From contig JAYONB010000007.1 of assembly GCA_038121105.1 (NCBI GenBank), positions 119,365 to 183,364 on the forward strand: a stretch of DNA of 64,000 bases, written 5' to 3'. The position numbers and the translations under genes are program-made. The notes below the pieces were generated by a model. It saw nothing but the letters and a program-made list of their open reading frames with translations. It made no database searches and was not told the origin of the DNA. This stretch comes from Alphaproteobacteria bacterium. Lineage in GTDB: Bacteria > Pseudomonadota > Alphaproteobacteria > SHVP01. This document shows, in pieces, positions 60,857 to 64,000 of this stretch; position 1 is the first letter of the stretch; every line of letters begins with the position of its first letter.

Positions 60857-61645
60857 ATGAGCGACAAACCGGCGATTTACCTCGAAAAAGACGGCCCGAT
60901 TGGTTGGCTCGTCCTCAACCAGCCGTCCAAACGCAATGCGCTATCGAAAGCCATGTGGGCCGCGATACCGGAACTTCTCGAGGATGCCGCCAACGACAAG
61001 TCAATTTGCGTCGTCGTCGTGCGCGGTGTCGACGACCGCGCATTTGCGGCGGGCGCCGACATCAGCGAGTTTGAGGCCGTTCACGCGACGCCCGAGTCCT
61101 CGCAAAGGTACAACCGGATCGTCCAGTTGGCGGAAAAGCAACTCGCCCGTTTTCCCAAGCCAACCATCGCGATGATCCAAGGGCCGTGCGTCGGCGGTGG
61201 CTGCGGCATCGCGGTGGCGTGCGACCTGCGCTTCGCCGACGATACCGCCCGCTTCGGCATCCCGCCGGCAAAACTCGGTCTGGTCTACAGCCTCGATGAC
61301 ACGAAGCTCGTGGTCGACAAAATCGGCCCGGCGCGGGCGATGGACATGCTCTACACCGGACGGCTCGTCGATGCGCCCGAAGCGCTGCAAATCGGCTTGA
61401 TCGACCGGCTTCTGTCGCCGACCGATATCGAAACGAAAACCCGCGACTATTGCGCCACCATCGCGGCGAGTAGCCAGTTCACCGTGCGCGCCACCAAAAA
61501 GATCGTGCGGATGATCCTCGACGGCACCCCGACCGACACCGAAGAAACCCTGAAGATGTTCGATGACGCCTTTCGAGGCGAAGATTATGTCGAGGGACGT
61601 TCCGCTTTCATGGAAAAGCGCAAAGCCAAATTCACCTATTCCTAG
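60857..61645 (+). CDS. enoyl-CoA hydratase/isomerase (crotonase) family protein
   Basis: Crotonase fold with oxyanion hole motifs (AFAAGADI, GPCVGGG). Confidence 0.85.
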   Translation: MSDKPAIYLEKDGPIGWLVLNQPSKRNALSKAMWAAIPELLEDAANDKSICVVVVRGVDDRAFAAGADISEFEAVHATPESSQRYNRIVQLAEKQLARFPKPTIAMIQGPCVGGGCGIAVACDLRFADDTARFGIPPAKLGLVYSLDDTKLVVDKIGPARAMDMLYTGRLVDAPEALQIGLIDRLLSPTDIETKTRDYCATIAASSQFTVRATKKIVRMILDGTPTDTEETLKMFDDAFRGEDYVEGRSAFMEKRKAKFTYS

Positions 61646-63050
61646 ACCCGAGGTCGTCGAGCGCGGCGGGGCGCATATCGTGGCCCGCGGCCAACTCGTA
61701 GGTCCGCGCGTAACGCAAGATCGCGGCTTCGCCAAAAGCATGGCCGAGGAACTGGAGGCCCATCGGGAGACCTGCCGGCGAAAAGCCCATCGGCACCGAC
61801 ACGGCCGGACGGTCCGTTAAGTTGGCTAGGGCCGTCAAGTCGGCCTGATTGTCCGGCACCGGGGCCGAGAAATCGAACGCCGTTTGCAGCGCCGTCGGCA
61901 TGACCAAGGCGTTAAGGTCTGCGAAAGCACGGCGCACGCGCACGCGCGCAGCAGCAATATCGCGTTGCGCTTGGACAACTCGCGTCGCGGGTAGCGACGC
62001 ACCGTAGTTGAGCATCCCCCGAAACGCCTCGGACAAATGCTCTGGTCGATTGGCCAAATCGTCGGCATGGACGACGGCACCCTCGACCTCGGAAATGATC
62101 AGACCGGCGCGGCGCAACCGACCGTAGTCATGGCCTTCCAGTCGCACCGACGTGATCTCGGCGCCAAGATCCGCGAGAAGCGCGACGGCACGCTCAAACC
62201 CGTCGGCAATCTCGGGGGCGATTCCGGCGTCTTCCAACCCCTCGAGCCGACCCAGGCGTACGCCGGAGAGTTTCTTGGGGTCGCCGGGATCGAAACTTTG
62301 ATCGGGGGTCGGCGCCGCCACCGACTCGGCGCAGAGGGGGTCGAAACCGGCCAAGACATTCATCAACAAACCGAGGTCGCGTACCGACGGCGCCAAAGGT
62401 CCGACGTGATCGAACGTCCAGGACAACGGAACCACGCCGCGCGGCGACACTAGGCCGCGCGTCGGCTTGATGCCACTGACCCCGCAATAGGCCGCCGGGA
62501 TGCGCACCGAGCCCAACGTATCGGTGCCTATCGCCGCGAGGCAAAACCCTGCCGCAACCGCGGCGCCCGAACCGCCGCTGGAGCCGCCCGGCGTAAAGTT
62601 CGGCCGGTGCGGATTGAACGTCTTGCCGTAGAGCGGATTGTCATTGGTCGCGCCCAGCGCCGCCTCATGCATGTTGACCTTACCGAGGATCACCGCACCC
62701 GCTTCGCGTAGCCGAGCGGTCACAACCGCATCGATATCGGACACGAGGTGTGCGCGCGAGGCCATTCCCGCGGTTGCCGGCGTGCCGGCAAGGTCGACGT
62801 TATCTTTCAGGGCGATGGGAATACCGTCGAGCGGACCGATTCTCTTCCCCGCGGCACGGCGTTCGTCGGCCGCCGCCGCCTCGTGGCGAGCAGCCTCGGC
62901 GGTCAAGGTCGTCATCACCTTGAGCGTCGCGTCGTGGCGCTCGATTCGCGCGAGACAAGTGTCGGTCAGGGCCGTTGCGGTGATCTCGCCAGCCGCCAAG
63001 GCATCGGACCAAACGGCGAGGTCGCGCGAGAGCGGATCGATGTCGGCCAC
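61632..63050 (-). CDS. amidase-signature family amidase
   Basis: GGSSGGSGAAVAAG signature with a Ser-cisSer-Lys triad context. Confidence 0.85.
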   Translation of the reverse strand: MADIDPLSRDLAVWSDALAAGEITATALTDTCLARIERHDATLKVMTTLTAEAARHEAAAADERRAAGKRIGPLDGIPIALKDNVDLAGTPATAGMASRAHLVSDIDAVVTARLREAGAVILGKVNMHEAALGATNDNPLYGKTFNPHRPNFTPGGSSGGSGAAVAAGFCLAAIGTDTLGSVRIPAAYCGVSGIKPTRGLVSPRGVVPLSWTFDHVGPLAPSVRDLGLLMNVLAGFDPLCAESVAAPTPDQSFDPGDPKKLSGVRLGRLEGLEDAGIAPEIADGFERAVALLADLGAEITSVRLEGHDYGRLRRAGLIISEVEGAVVHADDLANRPEHLSEAFRGMLNYGASLPATRVVQAQRDIAAARVRVRRAFADLNALVMPTALQTAFDFSAPVPDNQADLTALANLTDRPAVSVPMGFSPAGLPMGLQFLGHAFGEAAILRYARTYELAAGHDMRPAALDDLGSRNR

Positions 63051-63058
63051 GCCCGGAC

Positions 63059-64000
63059 TTACTTGAAGCGGTTGTCGATCAGACGCACGGCCTTTTGACG
63101 TTTTTCGACCTGGGTCAGTTCGGCCGTTTCGCCACCGGCGGCCAACTCGACGTTGATCCCGATGCCGAGGCGGGTCTTGAGTTCGGCCGCGATCTCATTG
63201 CGGACGGTTTCGTCGTTCGGATCTTTGACCTCGACCGTGATGGTCATTTCGTCACGCCCTTCGGCATCACGGTCCGCGCGGCAAATGTACTCGCCCGTCG
63301 TCGCTTCATGCTCGTTGGCAATCGCCCCAATGGCAATCGGATAGAGGTTGATGCCGCGTAGTTTGACCATGTTGTCGCTGCGCCCAAGAAAGCCTCGGAT
63401 GCGCCGGAAGCTATAACCCAGCTCCGACGGCTTGGTCTCGAACGCCGTGACGTCTTTGGTGTCGAATCGGATGACCGGATAGATGTCGTCCTTGAACAAC
63501 ACCGTAATGATCATGTTGCCCTCACGACCCTCGGGGACGGGCTGGCCGGTATCGGGATCGGTCAAATCGAGAAGATAGGCGTCTTCGTGGACGTACATGC
63601 CCTCGCGGTCGGCGGCTTCGAAAGCCACGATTCCGGTATCGCCGACCCCGTAGAGATCGTAAATCTCGGCGCCGCCCCATGCCTCTGAGATCGATTCGCG
63701 GCTTTCGCGCCCCATGTGGCCGACGATCATGCGGACCGGAATATCCTTGCCGGGGACGAGCCCCTCGTCACGCGCGACCTGTGCCAATTTAACGATGTAG
63801 TCGGCGAATCCGACGATCACCGTGACCCCGAACCGGGCCATGTTCTGCACTTGTTGAACCGACCGGGTTTCGTTGCCGGTGCCGGCGGAGAGGTAAAGCG
63901 CCGGGCTGTAGTGAACGAATGTTTCGCGGACGTAGTGACCGCCGTTGATCATGCCGTGGCCGTACACCGAATGAACCACGTCGTCGGGCCCGATGCCTTG
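63059..64000 (-). CDS. phenylacetate-CoA ligase (PaaK)-like adenylate-forming enzyme, C-terminal part (N-terminus beyond the window end)
   Basis: PaaK/F390-synthetase-like C-terminal region. Upstream of the track Met the frame continues without a stop to the window edge. Confidence 0.65.
   Translation of the reverse strand, partial: QGIGPDDVVHSVYGHGMINGGHYVRETFVHYSPALYLSAGTGNETRSVQQVQNMARFGVTVIVGFADYIVKLAQVARDEGLVPGKDIPVRMIVGHMGRESRESISEAWGGAEIYDLYGVGDTGIVAFEAADREGMYVHEDAYLLDLTDPDTGQPVPEGREGNMIITVLFKDDIYPVIRFDTKDVTAFETKPSELGYSFRRIRGFLGRSDNMVKLRGINLYPIAIGAIANEHEATTGEYICRADRDAEGRDEMTITVEVKDPNDETVRNEIAAELKTRLGIGINVELAAGGETAELTQVEKRQKAVRLIDNRFK

Overview
This is high-GC chromosomal DNA (about 65-70% GC) with the look of an alphaproteobacterium, and it is mostly housekeeping genes. 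From the start, on the minus strand: a partial M32 carboxypeptidase, then a complete aa3-type cytochrome c oxidase cluster (surf1, DUF983, ctaE, ctaG, a small CoxF-like ORF, ctaB, ctaD, ctaC). Next come tldD, a 4.9 kb all-minus-strand accessory block (AAC(3) acetyltransferase, SIMPL protein, N-terminally truncated ThrRS paralog, TylF-like methyltransferase, TPR membrane protein, DUF1127), a LysR regulator, gshA, rsmE, ubiA, ubiD, a frameshifted class III adenylate cyclase and a Bcr/CflA MFS transporter. After that: a sulfite-reduction cluster (cysG, DUF2849, cysI, DUF934), bactofilin, a TauE exporter, pmbA, a CysQ-like phosphatase, a lipid kinase, a molybdopterin oxidoreductase, msbA-DUF374-lpxK-lpxL, an M23 peptidase, xseA, purD, an APH-like kinase with an acyl-CoA dehydrogenase, tadA, rluB, rsmD, mutL, pgi, two M16 peptidases, lspA, ileS, ribF, and a small catabolic cluster (MaoC, HD, crotonase, amidase, partial PaaK-like ligase). 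I saw no rRNA, tRNA or CRISPR. The most interesting feature is a threonine-codon leader peptide (MLMMLQALNTTTTTRSGGPWGFDVR) with alternative hairpins and a U-tract terminator directly upstream of the editing-domain-less ThrRS paralog. This looks like a thr-operon-style ribosome-mediated attenuator placed in front of an aminoacyl-tRNA synthetase gene. Other notable items are a family of structured intergenic repeats (polypyrimidine/polypurine hairpins CCTCCCCCT-loop-AGGGGGAGG combined with a TCATCCTGAGGAGGCGCC...CGAAGG module, one internal hairpin showing compensatory changes between copies), a T6 frameshift in the adenylate cyclase gene, a strongly AT-rich promoter island upstream of cysG, and a 39-aa unannotated ORF between ctaB and ctaG.
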